DNA of 64,000 nt from Candidatus Gottesmanbacteria bacterium GW2011_GWA2_43_14. Its GTDB lineage: Bacteria; Patescibacteriota; Microgenomatia; 2-02-FULL-39-11. The position numbers were made by a program, and so were the translations under genes. The DNA is taken from the NCBI GenBank assembly GCA_000999095.1, contig LCFP01000003.1:26839-90838 (forward strand). The letters run 5' to 3'. The notes beneath the pieces were generated by a model. The model was given only the letters and a program-made list of their open reading frames with translations. It searched no databases and was not told the origin of the DNA. Below are positions 9,860-20,476 of this stretch, piece by piece (position 1 is the stretch's first letter; the number at the start of each line of letters is the position of its first letter).

Positions 9860-10993
9860 ATGGTAAAACCCAGTAAAGAAACAGCCAACAAGCTCCCCGG
9901 TTTAAAAATGCTTAAAAAGCAAAAATTCGGCAGAATACTGATTTTTCTGGGTGTCAACACTTCTTATATTCTGACCTATTACCTGATAAATTTATATTTT
10001 CCGTTTATCCCGAATTATCCCTTCTACTTTGCATTGATCGCCAGCAGTCTCTACTTGGGTGGATTCAGGTTCGGCTTCTTTTCACTAGGGGTCAGCAGTC
10101 TGGCTATGGTTATCATTCAGCCCGATAATATTCCCGTTCTGCCGCTTTTAGCATCAGAAGGACTTATCGTTGTCTATTTTTTTGAAAAGATCAGAAATTC
10201 GTCCATTATAAATAAGCTTGAAGAGAGGGAACAACTCCTGACAAAAAAGTATGAGGAAAATGAACAACTTTTAAAAAGCGCCCAGAAAGAAATCCGCTTC
10301 AGGGATGAATTCCTCTCAATCGCTTCGCATGAGCTGAAGACTCCGCTGACCTCCATGTTGCTGGAACTCCAGCTGATGCTTCACAATGTCAGAAATGTTT
10401 CCCTGGCCAAGTTCTCGGTGCAAAACCTGATGACCATGCTGGAGAGCGCCGAAGACCAGACTAAAAGACTGTCAAAAATGATCAACGATCTTCTCAATGT
10501 TTCACTAATCACCTCAGGCAAATTAACTTTGGAAGCGGAAGAGGTAAGCCTAAATCAAATTGTCGAGGAAGCGGTCAATAAAATAACAACCATTAAAGGA
10601 GGCACCGATATCCAATTCATGAACGGAGTTCCCGTAAAGGGATATTGGGATAAAGTCCGGCTGGAGCAGGTGGTGGTCAATTTCCTGTCCAATGCCGTTA
10701 AATACGGCAACGGCAAACCGATCAAAATCTCCGTCAATAAAAAAGACAATTTCGCTCTTCTGATTATCGAGGACAAGGGAATCGGTATCGCCCGTGACAA
10801 AATGGGCAAAATTTTCGAAAGATTTAAAAGAGGTGTTACCGACAAGGAGTATAAAGGATTGGGAGTAGGTTTATATATCGTTTCACAGATCGTCAAGCAG
10901 CACGGCGGGAAAATCAACGTCCAAAGCAAAATCGGGAAAGGTACGATTTTTACGGTCGAACTTCCCCTTAATATTAAAAGGCGCGAAAAGTGA
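9860..10993 (+). CDS. membrane-bound sensor histidine kinase (start at internal Met; the ORF 9731 extension is likely spurious)
   Basis: TM helices then H-box IASHELKTPLTS and HATPase G-boxes (GLGVGLYIVSQIV…GGKI). Confidence 0.8.
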   Translation: MVKPSKETANKLPGLKMLKKQKFGRILIFLGVNTSYILTYYLINLYFPFIPNYPFYFALIASSLYLGGFRFGFFSLGVSSLAMVIIQPDNIPVLPLLASEGLIVVYFFEKIRNSSIINKLEEREQLLTKKYEENEQLLKSAQKEIRFRDEFLSIASHELKTPLTSMLLELQLMLHNVRNVSLAKFSVQNLMTMLESAEDQTKRLSKMINDLLNVSLITSGKLTLEAEEVSLNQIVEEAVNKITTIKGGTDIQFMNGVPVKGYWDKVRLEQVVVNFLSNAVKYGNGKPIKISVNKKDNFALLIIEDKGIGIARDKMGKIFERFKRGVTDKEYKGLGVGLYIVSQIVKQHGGKINVQSKIGKGTIFTVELPLNIKRREK

Positions 10994-12203
10994 TAATAGA
11001 GTTTAAAAGTTTTTGTATGCGGTAATTCTTAAGTCCCCATAAGACCATAAATCCCCATAAAAATACGGCTGCCGTATCTTTCAGCCAAACAGGCAAGGCC
11101 GGAGGCAGGTAACGGTAATCGAAGATATAAGCGGCATTTAGAACGGTAAAAATGCCGGTTGCCAGGAAAAATTCCGGGACGAGCTTATTTTTATTGACCA
11201 GAAGAAAGGGCAATATCCAGACAAAATAGTGAATGCTCAGTCCGAAAGAAAAAATGTAAAGGATGAAAATGACCAATTGTGCTGACCAGAAGATATTCTT
11301 ATATTTATAAACCGCATATATCCGGATCAGAATTGCCAGTGACAGAAGTTTTGATAAAAAAACAGGCAGCGTAAGAATTTTCCTGTGCCCGCTGAGTAAG
11401 GCTAAATATTTGAACAAAACAGACGGTCCCCACCAGCCGAATGCGCTCTCGTAGAGAACAATCGACCCAACCATGGTAGCAAGGTCAGCATCAGGGATAA
11501 GGATTTTATAAGAGACAATCACAGCCAAAGGCATCAGCGCCATGATTGTCAGAAATTTGATGCGGGGCCGCCAGGCCTTTACCCGCAAAAGCATAAGCGG
11601 TGCGAAAATTACAGGCCATGGTTTGAATGCAATGGCTGTGCCCAGCATTAATGATCCGAGTGAAAGGGATTTCCGGCTAGCCAGATAAAGGGCAGTTACG
11701 GCAAAAAACAACGGGATGGCATCAAATTGTCCGGAAACAGCACAAATCAGACTGACGGGAGACAGGGCATAAACTATGCCCTTTTTTATATCCCGGCAGG
11801 CAGTGGCGATCAAGAGAGCCATAAGCGAATCGAAGAAAACTGCTGCCAACTTGATGCTGATAAAAGCCGGAAGGAAGTTTAACTTTAATAAGGCAGCGGT
11901 AATCATGCCGAAAGTCGGCAGAAAGGCAAAATATTCCCTGGTTCCCAGTCCCCAGTATAGATCCAGGCCTTTGTTGATTTGCCCACCCGCCCAAAGGAAA
12001 GCCTTAATATCCCAACCTACAGCAAAAGGAAACAGCATCATTGTCAGCCTGACTGCCATGGCCAGGGAAAAAAGTTTAATAAGCCGGTTTTTCGATGGCC
12101 TGAAGGAGGGTAAATATAGTAAACAGAGGTAATCCGCTGCCAGGAAAAAAAGGCCGATAATTATAAATAAAATAAAATTAAAATCAGTCGCAGCAAAAAT
12201 CAA
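10974..12203 (-). CDS. polytopic membrane protein, GT-C-like glycosyltransferase (DUF2029/GT87-like)
   Basis: 409 aa, about 10 TM helices; architecture typical of polyprenol-phosphate-sugar dependent mannosyltransferases; no catalytic motif verified. Confidence 0.45.
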   Translation of the reverse strand: MIFAATDFNFILFIIIGLFFLAADYLCLLYLPSFRPSKNRLIKLFSLAMAVRLTMMLFPFAVGWDIKAFLWAGGQINKGLDLYWGLGTREYFAFLPTFGMITAALLKLNFLPAFISIKLAAVFFDSLMALLIATACRDIKKGIVYALSPVSLICAVSGQFDAIPLFFAVTALYLASRKSLSLGSLMLGTAIAFKPWPVIFAPLMLLRVKAWRPRIKFLTIMALMPLAVIVSYKILIPDADLATMVGSIVLYESAFGWWGPSVLFKYLALLSGHRKILTLPVFLSKLLSLAILIRIYAVYKYKNIFWSAQLVIFILYIFSFGLSIHYFVWILPFLLVNKNKLVPEFFLATGIFTVLNAAYIFDYRYLPPALPVWLKDTAAVFLWGFMVLWGLKNYRIQKLLNSIITFRAF

Positions 12204-12310
12204 GGTTTTCCTTTCACAATTGCCCTAATAGCAACTTCTTGCGTTAATCTTAAGATATTTTTACTTAGGTTACTTAATCGAAGTGCTAGGTTGAAATAAC
12301 CCTTAAGTAT

Positions 12311-15300
12311 ATGTCCAAGCTGAAAAAAGTATTTCATATTTCAATCATCATTCCAACTCTTAACGAAGAAAAGAATATCAAACCTTTGCTTGAGAGGATT
12401 GACGGAGCTTTAAAGGAGACGGCAATTGATTATGAGGTTATTTTTATTGATGACAGGTCAACAGACAAGACCTGTCAAATGATTAAGTTCTTCCAGCCTG
12501 CCTATCCAGTTTCCCTTTATCTTAAGAAAGGAAAAAAAGGCAAGGCTTTTTCCATACTAGAAGGCATTGAATATGCCAAGCACGATTTAATCGTGCTTTT
12601 GGACGGTGATTTGCAGTACGGGCCTGAAAATATACCGGTGATGGTGGTGAAAAGCAACAGGTTCGGAGTCGTGGTCGGCAACCGCAGGAAAAACAGGAAC
12701 GGTATTTTCCGTAAAATTGCCTCACGGATTAATACTGTTGTGACAAGTAAAATGCTATTAGGGATTGAGGCTGATACACAATCAGGCCTCAAAGTCGTCC
12801 GTAAAGAAATTTTCAATCATCTGGATCGAAGTAATATCGGCCCCTGGTCTCTGGATATTCCGCTTCTGAATACCGCTTACGAGTTGGGGTATGACATCGG
12901 TTCCGTCGATATAACCTTTGACAAAAGAATAAACGGAACTTCCAAAATAAATTTCCTGACAGCAGCAATTGAAATTCTTTCGGGGGCGGTAAAAGTAAAG
13001 CTTCACAGGAAGAAGGTTTACCCTATTACACCTTTGAAAAACGGGTCAATGCTTGGTGCCGGTATCGTTCATAAACGCCGGAATTACATAACCCATACCA
13101 CTCTTTCCCAAAAACAAAGCGCCATAGCCACTTTGACTTTCCCCCAGTTGATGTTTCTGGCAGTGATTTTCATAATATTTGCCGCCGGACTTCTGTTCAA
13201 CCCGCTGGGTCTTTTGAAGCTGACAGTGGCTATTATATCCTCGGTTTATTTTATTGATGTGATTTTCAACCTGTTCCTGCTTTCCAAAAGTTTAAAAAAA
13301 GATATTGAAATAAAAATATCTTCGGATGAGCTAAGACAATTGGATGTAACAAATTTACCCCTTTATTCAATCCTCTGTCCTTTGTATCGGGAAGCACACC
13401 TTATTCCGCAATTTGTAAAATCTCTTGATCAATTGGATTGGCCAAAAGACAAATTGGAAGTGGTTCTGCTCTTGGAAGCCGATGATTCTGAAACAATTGA
13501 TAAGGTCAGGCAAATCAAGCTGCCCGGCTATATCCGCAGCGAAATTGTTCCCGAATCTGAACCCAAGACCAAACCCAAAGCCTGCAATTACGGTTTAAAT
13601 ATCATCAGGGGTGAATATGTGGTCATTTATGATGCGGAAGACATACCGGATCCGCAACAATTAATGAAAGCCTATCTCGGTTTTGCCAAAGCCGGTCCCC
13701 GCGTCATCTGTCTGCAGGCCAAGCTCAATTATTACAATCCGAACCAGAATCTATTAACCAGATTGTTCACGGCTGAATATTCGTTATGGTTCGATATCAT
13801 CCTGCCGGGACTGCAGTCGATTGAAACCAGCATCCCATTGGGTGGCACTAGCAATCATTTCCGAAGGCAGGATTTGCTCAACCTTAAAGCTTGGGATCCT
13901 TTTAACGTGACGGAAGATTGCGATTTGGGGGTAAGGCTTTTTAAAAAAGGTTTTAAAACAGCCATTTTTGATTCAACCACCATGGAAGAAGCCAACAGCA
14001 ATGCCAAGAATTGGTTAAGACAGCGGTCACGCTGGATAAAAGGTTACATCCAGACATATTTGGTACACATGCGGCATCCTTTCGCCTATCTTAAAGAGCA
14101 CGGAACCCATGCCCTGATTTTCCAGTTGATTATAGGTGGACGTATCGCTTTTCTTTTCATAAACCCCTTTCTTTGGCTGGCTACCATTTCCTATTTTGCC
14201 CTTCGTGCCCAGGTCGGGGCGGCCATTGAAGCAGTTTATCCTGCGGCTGTTTTCTATATTGCCGTTTCTTCCCTGGTTTTCGGCAATTTCATGTACCTCT
14301 ACTATTACATGATCGCCTGCGCTAAAAAAAATCACTGGCATCTGGTGAAATATATCTTCCTGGTTCCTTTTTATTGGCTGATGGCCTCAGTCAGTGCGGG
14401 TCTGGCTCTGGTGCAAATTATCTTCAAGCCGTTTTATTGGGAAAAAACCATCCACGGCTTCCATCTCTCAATCCCGATCCAGGATTTTGTGGCGGCAGAA
14501 AAGCCAAAAAGGGCCAGGTTTTCATATTTGTACAAATTTATGCATATCGGCAGGATGAAGTTCCAAAATATGCTTAATTTTCTCGATTTGATATTTGGCC
14601 AGCAGACACCCGACATAAAACCAAACGGCAAACCGCGGATCCTGATTTTCAATTGGCGCGACATCAGGCATACCTGGGCAGGCGGAGCGGAAAGCTATAT
14701 CCATAATATAGCCGCCCAATGGGTCCGGCAGGGAAGCAAGGTTACCATATTTTGCGGTAATGACGGAACCCAAGAAAAGACTGATGAAATTGACGGAGTC
14801 AGAATTATCAGGCGGGGAGGTTTTTATTCATTATATTTCTGGGCAGTTTTATACTACATTTTCCATCTGCGCCGAAGCGTGGATATAGTGGTGGACTCGG
14901 GTAACGGCATTCCCTTTTTCACTCCGCTTTATGTTTTTAAACCCAAGTACCTGCTGATTTACCACATGCACCAGGAAGTTTTCCGCAGGCACCTGCCTCT
15001 GGTTTTATCAAACCTGGCCCAATTTTTAGAAAGAAGGTTAGTGCCTTTTATTTACAGGAACCAGAAAATAATTACCATTTCCGAATCTTCTAAAGAAGAA
15101 ATTGTCCGCCTTAGACTGGCTGATCCTAACAACGTTTTTATCGTAAATCCGGGCATTGATTTCGAAAAGTTCAATCTGCTGCCCAAAACAGATTTTCCGC
15201 TGATTACTTATTTGGGCAGATTGAAACCATATAAAAACATACATATCGTAATTGAAGCCTTTGTACATATTCTTTACAGGCATCCGGATGCCCAGCTGTT

Positions 15301-15772
15301 TATCGCGGGCAGCGGAGAAAGCCAATTTTTTCTCAATGATCTGGTTGCCAAATTGGGAATAGGTGAGAGCGTCTTTATTATAGGCAAAGTGTCCGAAATG
15401 GAGAAGAGAGCGCTTCTGGCCAGAAGCTGGCTGGTTGTCCAACCTTCTTCTGCTGAAGGATGGGGAATGACCGTCATTGAAGCCAATGCAGCCGGCACAC
15501 CGGTCGTTGCTTCGGATATACCGGGGCTTAGGGATTCAGTCATTCATAAATCCACCGGCATTTTGGTACCGGCAGGAGATATTATGGCTTTTACCGAAGC
15601 TATTAATTCTTTAATCTCCGACCGACGTATCCTGGACCGGTTGGCAATCAGCGCTTACAGCTGGGCGAAAAATTTCAATTGGAAGGAAAGCAGTGAAAAA
15701 TTTTACCGGCTGATAAATTATTCTCCGGAGCCTTACTTTTCCCTGGAATTTAAACGATTGGAACTGAATTAA
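12311..15772 (+). CDS. triple-domain glycosyltransferase: N-terminal GT2 (DPM-synthase-like) + membrane-embedded processive GT2 (cellulose/chitin-synthase-like; DAED, TED, QRSRW motifs) + C-terminal GT4
   Basis: ISIIIPTLNEE…FIDDRSTD (GT-A); YDAEDIPD…TEDCDLGVRL…QRSRWIKGY with flanking TM helices; C-terminal GT-B (E…G…AAGTPVVASDIPG) region. Confidence 0.75.
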   Translation: MSKLKKVFHISIIIPTLNEEKNIKPLLERIDGALKETAIDYEVIFIDDRSTDKTCQMIKFFQPAYPVSLYLKKGKKGKAFSILEGIEYAKHDLIVLLDGDLQYGPENIPVMVVKSNRFGVVVGNRRKNRNGIFRKIASRINTVVTSKMLLGIEADTQSGLKVVRKEIFNHLDRSNIGPWSLDIPLLNTAYELGYDIGSVDITFDKRINGTSKINFLTAAIEILSGAVKVKLHRKKVYPITPLKNGSMLGAGIVHKRRNYITHTTLSQKQSAIATLTFPQLMFLAVIFIIFAAGLLFNPLGLLKLTVAIISSVYFIDVIFNLFLLSKSLKKDIEIKISSDELRQLDVTNLPLYSILCPLYREAHLIPQFVKSLDQLDWPKDKLEVVLLLEADDSETIDKVRQIKLPGYIRSEIVPESEPKTKPKACNYGLNIIRGEYVVIYDAEDIPDPQQLMKAYLGFAKAGPRVICLQAKLNYYNPNQNLLTRLFTAEYSLWFDIILPGLQSIETSIPLGGTSNHFRRQDLLNLKAWDPFNVTEDCDLGVRLFKKGFKTAIFDSTTMEEANSNAKNWLRQRSRWIKGYIQTYLVHMRHPFAYLKEHGTHALIFQLIIGGRIAFLFINPFLWLATISYFALRAQVGAAIEAVYPAAVFYIAVSSLVFGNFMYLYYYMIACAKKNHWHLVKYIFLVPFYWLMASVSAGLALVQIIFKPFYWEKTIHGFHLSIPIQDFVAAEKPKRARFSYLYKFMHIGRMKFQNMLNFLDLIFGQQTPDIKPNGKPRILIFNWRDIRHTWAGGAESYIHNIAAQWVRQGSKVTIFCGNDGTQEKTDEIDGVRIIRRGGFYSLYFWAVLYYIFHLRRSVDIVVDSGNGIPFFTPLYVFKPKYLLIYHMHQEVFRRHLPLVLSNLAQFLERRLVPFIYRNQKIITISESSKEEIVRLRLADPNNVFIVNPGIDFEKFNLLPKTDFPLITYLGRLKPYKNIHIVIEAFVHILYRHPDAQLFIAGSGESQFFLNDLVAKLGIGESVFIIGKVSEMEKRALLARSWLVVQPSSAEGWGMTVIEANAAGTPVVASDIPGLRDSVIHKSTGILVPAGDIMAFTEAINSLISDRRILDRLAISAYSWAKNFNWKESSEKFYRLINYSPEPYFSLEFKRLELN

Positions 15773-15776
15773 TTTT

Positions 15777-16892
15777 ATGAAAATCTGTTTTTTCGGTACT
15801 TACTTCGCCAATTACGCCAGAAACACATCCATTAGGGAAGGGTTAAAAAGGTGTGGAATTGAAGTCGCGGAAGTCCATGCTGAAATTGCCAATATCCCCA
15901 TGGATCAATCAAACGACGTCACGCTTTTCAAAGTATTCTACCGGTTTGCCAGAAAAATCAAGGTGTACATACGGCTTTTATCACGGTACCGGGAAGTATT
16001 GTCGGCTGATTATATTTTTGTCCTGCATCCCGGCCATTTTGATCTGCCGTTTGCCTGGATACTGTCAAAACTCGGGGGTAAAAAGCTGTTTTTTGACTCC
16101 AGCATTTCCCACTATGACACGATGTTCGTCGGCGAGACGATCGGCAATCGCAGAACCCTCAAAGCCAAAATCATCAAATTGGCGGAAAAATTCTGCCTTC
16201 TGTTTCCCGATAGAATCTTTGTTGATACCGAAGCGATGAAGGATTTTATGGTCAGTGAGTTCAAAATCAGTGAGGAAAAAATATTCGTTGTTCCCCTCGG
16301 GGCAAATGACACTCTCTATAAACCAAACGGTAAAGTAAAACATAACGGCACAACTGATGTCTTTTTTTTCGGACTTTACAACCGGATGCAAGGCGCCGAT
16401 ATCATTATGAAAGCTATCAATCTCCTCAAAGAAGACAGCGATATTGCATTCACCATGCTCGGCGACGGATCTCTGAAAACCGAATTTGTTGAATTTGCCA
16501 GGAATCATAATCTGACTAATGTCCATTTCGTTGGTTTCGTCCCGGAAAAAGAACTTGTTTCCCACTTGCAGCAGGCTGATATAGCCCTAGGTGTGTTTTC
16601 CAACAGCCCTGTTTTTCAGAGAGTTATACCGAATAAAGTTTTTGCTGCCTTGGCTTGCGCCAAACCCCTTATCACAGCAAGGTATCAAGTACTGGAAGAA
16701 GTTTTGCATCACGAATATAATGTCTTTTTCTGTAAACCGGAGAATCCGGAGGATCTGGCAAAGGCAATCAGGAGTGTATCCCGCAACAGACGTCTGCAGG
16801 AAACTCTGTCGCAAAACGGCTATGTACTTTATAAAAGAAACTTTACACCCGATAAGATCGGAAAAACGTTAGCGGATCATCTTCATAACTGA
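15777..16892 (+). CDS. GT-B-fold glycosyltransferase (GT4-like C-terminal domain)
   Basis: C-terminal region LGVFSNSPVFQRVIPNKVFAALACAKPLI…; paralogue of 21840..22979. Confidence 0.6.
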   Translation: MKICFFGTYFANYARNTSIREGLKRCGIEVAEVHAEIANIPMDQSNDVTLFKVFYRFARKIKVYIRLLSRYREVLSADYIFVLHPGHFDLPFAWILSKLGGKKLFFDSSISHYDTMFVGETIGNRRTLKAKIIKLAEKFCLLFPDRIFVDTEAMKDFMVSEFKISEEKIFVVPLGANDTLYKPNGKVKHNGTTDVFFFGLYNRMQGADIIMKAINLLKEDSDIAFTMLGDGSLKTEFVEFARNHNLTNVHFVGFVPEKELVSHLQQADIALGVFSNSPVFQRVIPNKVFAALACAKPLITARYQVLEEVLHHEYNVFFCKPENPEDLAKAIRSVSRNRRLQETLSQNGYVLYKRNFTPDKIGKTLADHLHN

Positions 16893-16904
16893 TATGAAAA
16901 TCTT

Positions 16905-18530
16905 ATGAAAAGACTTCTCGGTTATGCCATCTTTACAGTGTATTGTATCTTTATTCTCGTCCTCTCGATCAGGGGTATACCGGGTAATCCGGCGGAAAAA
17001 ACACTCAATGACCCGCGTTGGGGGGAAGAAGGGCCGTTTGAGCTTTCACCCGAACGCGGAAGGTTTGCACTTCTCGTCTCGCTTATAGAGAATAAATCAT
17101 TTCATTTTTCACTACCCATTGCCAGGTTCGCCATTCCTGATCTTGGATATACCCAGGGGAATTATGTTTCATTGTTTGCTCCCGGACTTTCGATTATCTC
17201 CATTCCCGGATACCTCATCGGAAAATACTACAATAATTCACAGATAGGCACTTATGCCGTAGTAAGCTTGTTTGCCGTATTGAATGCCATTTTAATCAGA
17301 GCGCTGGCGCAACGCGCTGGGAGTACGAGCATTGCCTCCTCGCTTGCGGCACTAGTTTTTCTGTTTGCCACACCTGCTTATGCCTACGCCGTCTCTTTTT
17401 ACCAGCATCATCTTTCAACTTTTTTAATTCTAATTTCAATTTACCTCCTGATAACACTTAAAGGCGTCTTACCGCTTTATCTTCTGTGGATTCTCTTCGG
17501 AATTGCCCTTATTACCGATTATCCGAATGTTATTCTGATGCTTCCGATACTGTTATTTGCTTTAAAGAATTTAATTTATTTGGTAAATGACAACGGCAAA
17601 ACAATTGTAAATGTCAGAATTCTTGGTTTTATTTCATTAATAACAATTCTTATCCCTTTGTTTTTTCTGTTTTGGTTTAATCAAAATTCGTACGGCAATC
17701 CCATGAGTTTGGCCGGAACAGTTACTGCTGTTAAATCAATAGACAAGTCCGGAAGACCGGAGTTACCCAAAGTAGCTGGAGGTCAAAAAACAGCGGTCGG
17801 TTTTTTTAAATCCCGAAATATGTTCAACGGGATAAATATACTTCTGTTCAGTCCAGACAGGGGATTGTTTATTTATACTCCGGTTGTCCTGTTCAGTTTA
17901 TTTGGTATATGGGCAGCTTATAAAAAAAACCTGTATCTTTATCCGCTGTTCACAGCCCTTATCAGTATCAATATACTGCTATATTCCATGTGGGGAGATC
18001 CCTGGGGAGGTTGGGCATTCGGCTCCCGTTATCTTATCCCCGGTTTTGCCATAGCCTCCATATTTATAGCCATAGCCCTTACCCGTTATCACAGAAATAT
18101 TATCTTTTTTTTAATCTTTTTTATAACTTTAAGCTATTCTTTAGCAATTAATACATTGGGTGCTTTGACTTCCAACCGAAATCCTCCCCTGTCAGAAATA
18201 AAAGCATTGGAAAAGCTGTCGGGGAAAGCGGAAAAATATACTTACGAACGAAATTTAGATCTGTTATTAAACGGGGTATCAAAATCATATTTATTCCAAT
18301 CCTATGGTTCTAAATTTTTCAGTCCGGTTGAATATTACCGCCTGATTGTTTTTATGTTGGCGGCAGTCTGTTTTTTTCTGATTGTCGCGGATAACCTGTC
18401 TATTTTTAAAAATTACCATATGGAAAAAAGAGGCTGGCAAAAACTCATAATATATAAGAAACAACCGACGAAATACCAGCTTTCACATTTAGTAAATTTG
18501 TTCTTTATCAAAATAATGAAGCCAATCTAA
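16905..18530 (+). CDS. polytopic membrane glycosyltransferase, GT-C fold (PMT/ArnT-like); paralogue of 24074..25642
   Basis: 541 aa, more than 10 TM; shared motif MWGDPWGGWAFGSRYLIPG with paralogue. Confidence 0.6.
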   Translation: MKRLLGYAIFTVYCIFILVLSIRGIPGNPAEKTLNDPRWGEEGPFELSPERGRFALLVSLIENKSFHFSLPIARFAIPDLGYTQGNYVSLFAPGLSIISIPGYLIGKYYNNSQIGTYAVVSLFAVLNAILIRALAQRAGSTSIASSLAALVFLFATPAYAYAVSFYQHHLSTFLILISIYLLITLKGVLPLYLLWILFGIALITDYPNVILMLPILLFALKNLIYLVNDNGKTIVNVRILGFISLITILIPLFFLFWFNQNSYGNPMSLAGTVTAVKSIDKSGRPELPKVAGGQKTAVGFFKSRNMFNGINILLFSPDRGLFIYTPVVLFSLFGIWAAYKKNLYLYPLFTALISINILLYSMWGDPWGGWAFGSRYLIPGFAIASIFIAIALTRYHRNIIFFLIFFITLSYSLAINTLGALTSNRNPPLSEIKALEKLSGKAEKYTYERNLDLLLNGVSKSYLFQSYGSKFFSPVEYYRLIVFMLAAVCFFLIVADNLSIFKNYHMEKRGWQKLIIYKKQPTKYQLSHLVNLFFIKIMKPI

Positions 18531-18540
18531 AGTTATAATT

Positions 18541-19449
18541 GTGAAAAAACTCACGGTTACCATAGGAATTTCGGCTTATAACGAGGAAGGAAATATCGCT
18601 AAAATCCTAAAGTCGGTTATTTCTCAAAAGGAAAAAACGATTCAAATCAGCGAAATCCTTGTTTATTCTGACGGATCGACAGATCGGACTGTTCCAACTG
18701 CCAAGTCATTTAAGGACAAACGGATCCGGGTCGTCAATGACAAAATTCGACGCGGGAAAGCATTCCGGCTGAATCATATATTTTCTGTTATGAAAGGTGA
18801 TGTGCTCGTTCTTTTTGATGCCGATACGGTTCCTGTCAATTCCGAGATGCTTGAGTATATCTGCCGTCCATTCCATAGAAGATCATTCATTGGGCTTGCC
18901 GGAGGCCGTAGATATTCAATTCCTACGACTTCACTTACGGGTACCTCTTTGGCTAACTTATTTCACGCTTATGATGTGGTCCGGAAGGAGCTGCGAAACG
19001 GCATTAACATATATTGCTTTTTAGCCGGCATCACTGCTCTCTCACGTGATTTTGCCAAAGCGTTAACTCTTCCTCTTGATTCACCCTGTGATGATAATTT
19101 CATCTATCTTGAAGCGAAAAAGCGAGGGTTTTCCTTAGCATATGTACCCGAGGCGATCGTTTGGTTTTCCCCTCCGCAATCTGCATCCGATCAAATTTCG
19201 CAGGGTTCAAGATACCTGGCCAGCAGTTCGATATTAAGCAGATATTTTAATTCGACGTACGTCAAAGGCGAATTTTACGTTCCTTTTTATCTTCGCCTGA
19301 AAGTTTTCCTTTATCAGGTAAGACATAATCCCATTGCATTTCTGTGGTTAAAATGCTTGGCAGCCGTTTGCCACATACAAAACTTCAAAACCCAAAGACA
19401 TGTGAACGGTCTATACAGGAATGTATATTCAACTAAGAGATTGACATGA
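18541..19449 (+). CDS. GT2-family glycosyltransferase (GTG start)
   Basis: TIGISAYNEEGNI…VYSDGSTD GT-A signature. Confidence 0.7.
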   Translation: MKKLTVTIGISAYNEEGNIAKILKSVISQKEKTIQISEILVYSDGSTDRTVPTAKSFKDKRIRVVNDKIRRGKAFRLNHIFSVMKGDVLVLFDADTVPVNSEMLEYICRPFHRRSFIGLAGGRRYSIPTTSLTGTSLANLFHAYDVVRKELRNGINIYCFLAGITALSRDFAKALTLPLDSPCDDNFIYLEAKKRGFSLAYVPEAIVWFSPPQSASDQISQGSRYLASSSILSRYFNSTYVKGEFYVPFYLRLKVFLYQVRHNPIAFLWLKCLAAVCHIQNFKTQRHVNGLYRNVYSTKRLT

Positions 19450-20354
19450 AAACGCCGGCCGTTTCCATAGGCATTCCCACATATGAAGCGGGAATAAGCC
19501 TGATCAGAACTCTGAATTCAATTTTCAATCAATCCGCATTTTCCCAAATACGGGAAGTCATTATCGTAGTTGACGGAAATACTCTCACTCCCCAAGTTAG
19601 AAACAGATTGCGACATCCTAAAGTGCGCATTGTCATGCGACCCGAAAGAATGGGTCAATCTTCTTGCCTGAATTACATTTTTTCCCGGGTTCATAACGGG
19701 TTGCTTCTACTGACCAATGACGATGTTGTTCTTGATAAGCATGCTACCAAGAACTTCATAGAATGCTATATAGCACAAAGACCTGATTTTTTGGCGGCAC
19801 AAGCCAAGCCGTTACCGCCCAAAAGTCTGTTTGAGCGTATATTGTTTGCCGGTCAAACGATTAATACGCGTATCGCTTCGCGCTGGTTAAATGGTGATAA
19901 TTATCTGTCGGTGAACGGAAGAATGATCGCACTCTCCAGACGATTGTATTCAAATATATCTATCCCACCCGGATTATGGAATAACGATGCTTATATCTAT
20001 CTATACGCAAAATTGAAAAACCTAGGGTTTATTAATGTCAACAACGCGAGAGTATATTATAAACTTCCCGGAAACGTGGCAGACCATCTGCGTCAAAGTT
20101 ATAAATTTCACCTGTCGCAACGCGAAAACGAAATCTACTTTCATGATTCACTTACACGATTCTACAAAATTCCCGTATCACTTTCGATAAAGGCTATGAT
20201 ACATACACTTTTTGATCAACCGGTTTTTACTCCGCTTTATATAGTTTTTTCGGCTCTGACCCGTATATGGTTAACGATATCTCATCAATCACTTCCCAAT
20301 ACCGGATATTGGAATACTGACAGGTCGACAAAACTGCTGGGAGGTAAGTTATGA
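19446..20354 (+). CDS. GT2-family glycosyltransferase, tandem paralogue of upstream gene
   Basis: SIGIPTYEAG…VVDGNT; 4-bp overlap; same length (302 aa) as neighbour. Confidence 0.7.
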   Translation: MKTPAVSIGIPTYEAGISLIRTLNSIFNQSAFSQIREVIIVVDGNTLTPQVRNRLRHPKVRIVMRPERMGQSSCLNYIFSRVHNGLLLLTNDDVVLDKHATKNFIECYIAQRPDFLAAQAKPLPPKSLFERILFAGQTINTRIASRWLNGDNYLSVNGRMIALSRRLYSNISIPPGLWNNDAYIYLYAKLKNLGFINVNNARVYYKLPGNVADHLRQSYKFHLSQRENEIYFHDSLTRFYKIPVSLSIKAMIHTLFDQPVFTPLYIVFSALTRIWLTISHQSLPNTGYWNTDRSTKLLGGKL

Positions 20355-20476
20355 ATTCATTTTTTACCGATAGGTGTGATTTTCTTAAGAAGTTATTACC
20401 AATGTAAAGTATGAATCAGGCATAAAATTGTCATAAATGAATGATACGGAGGGGTTTATCCTCTCCTTATTAATCT

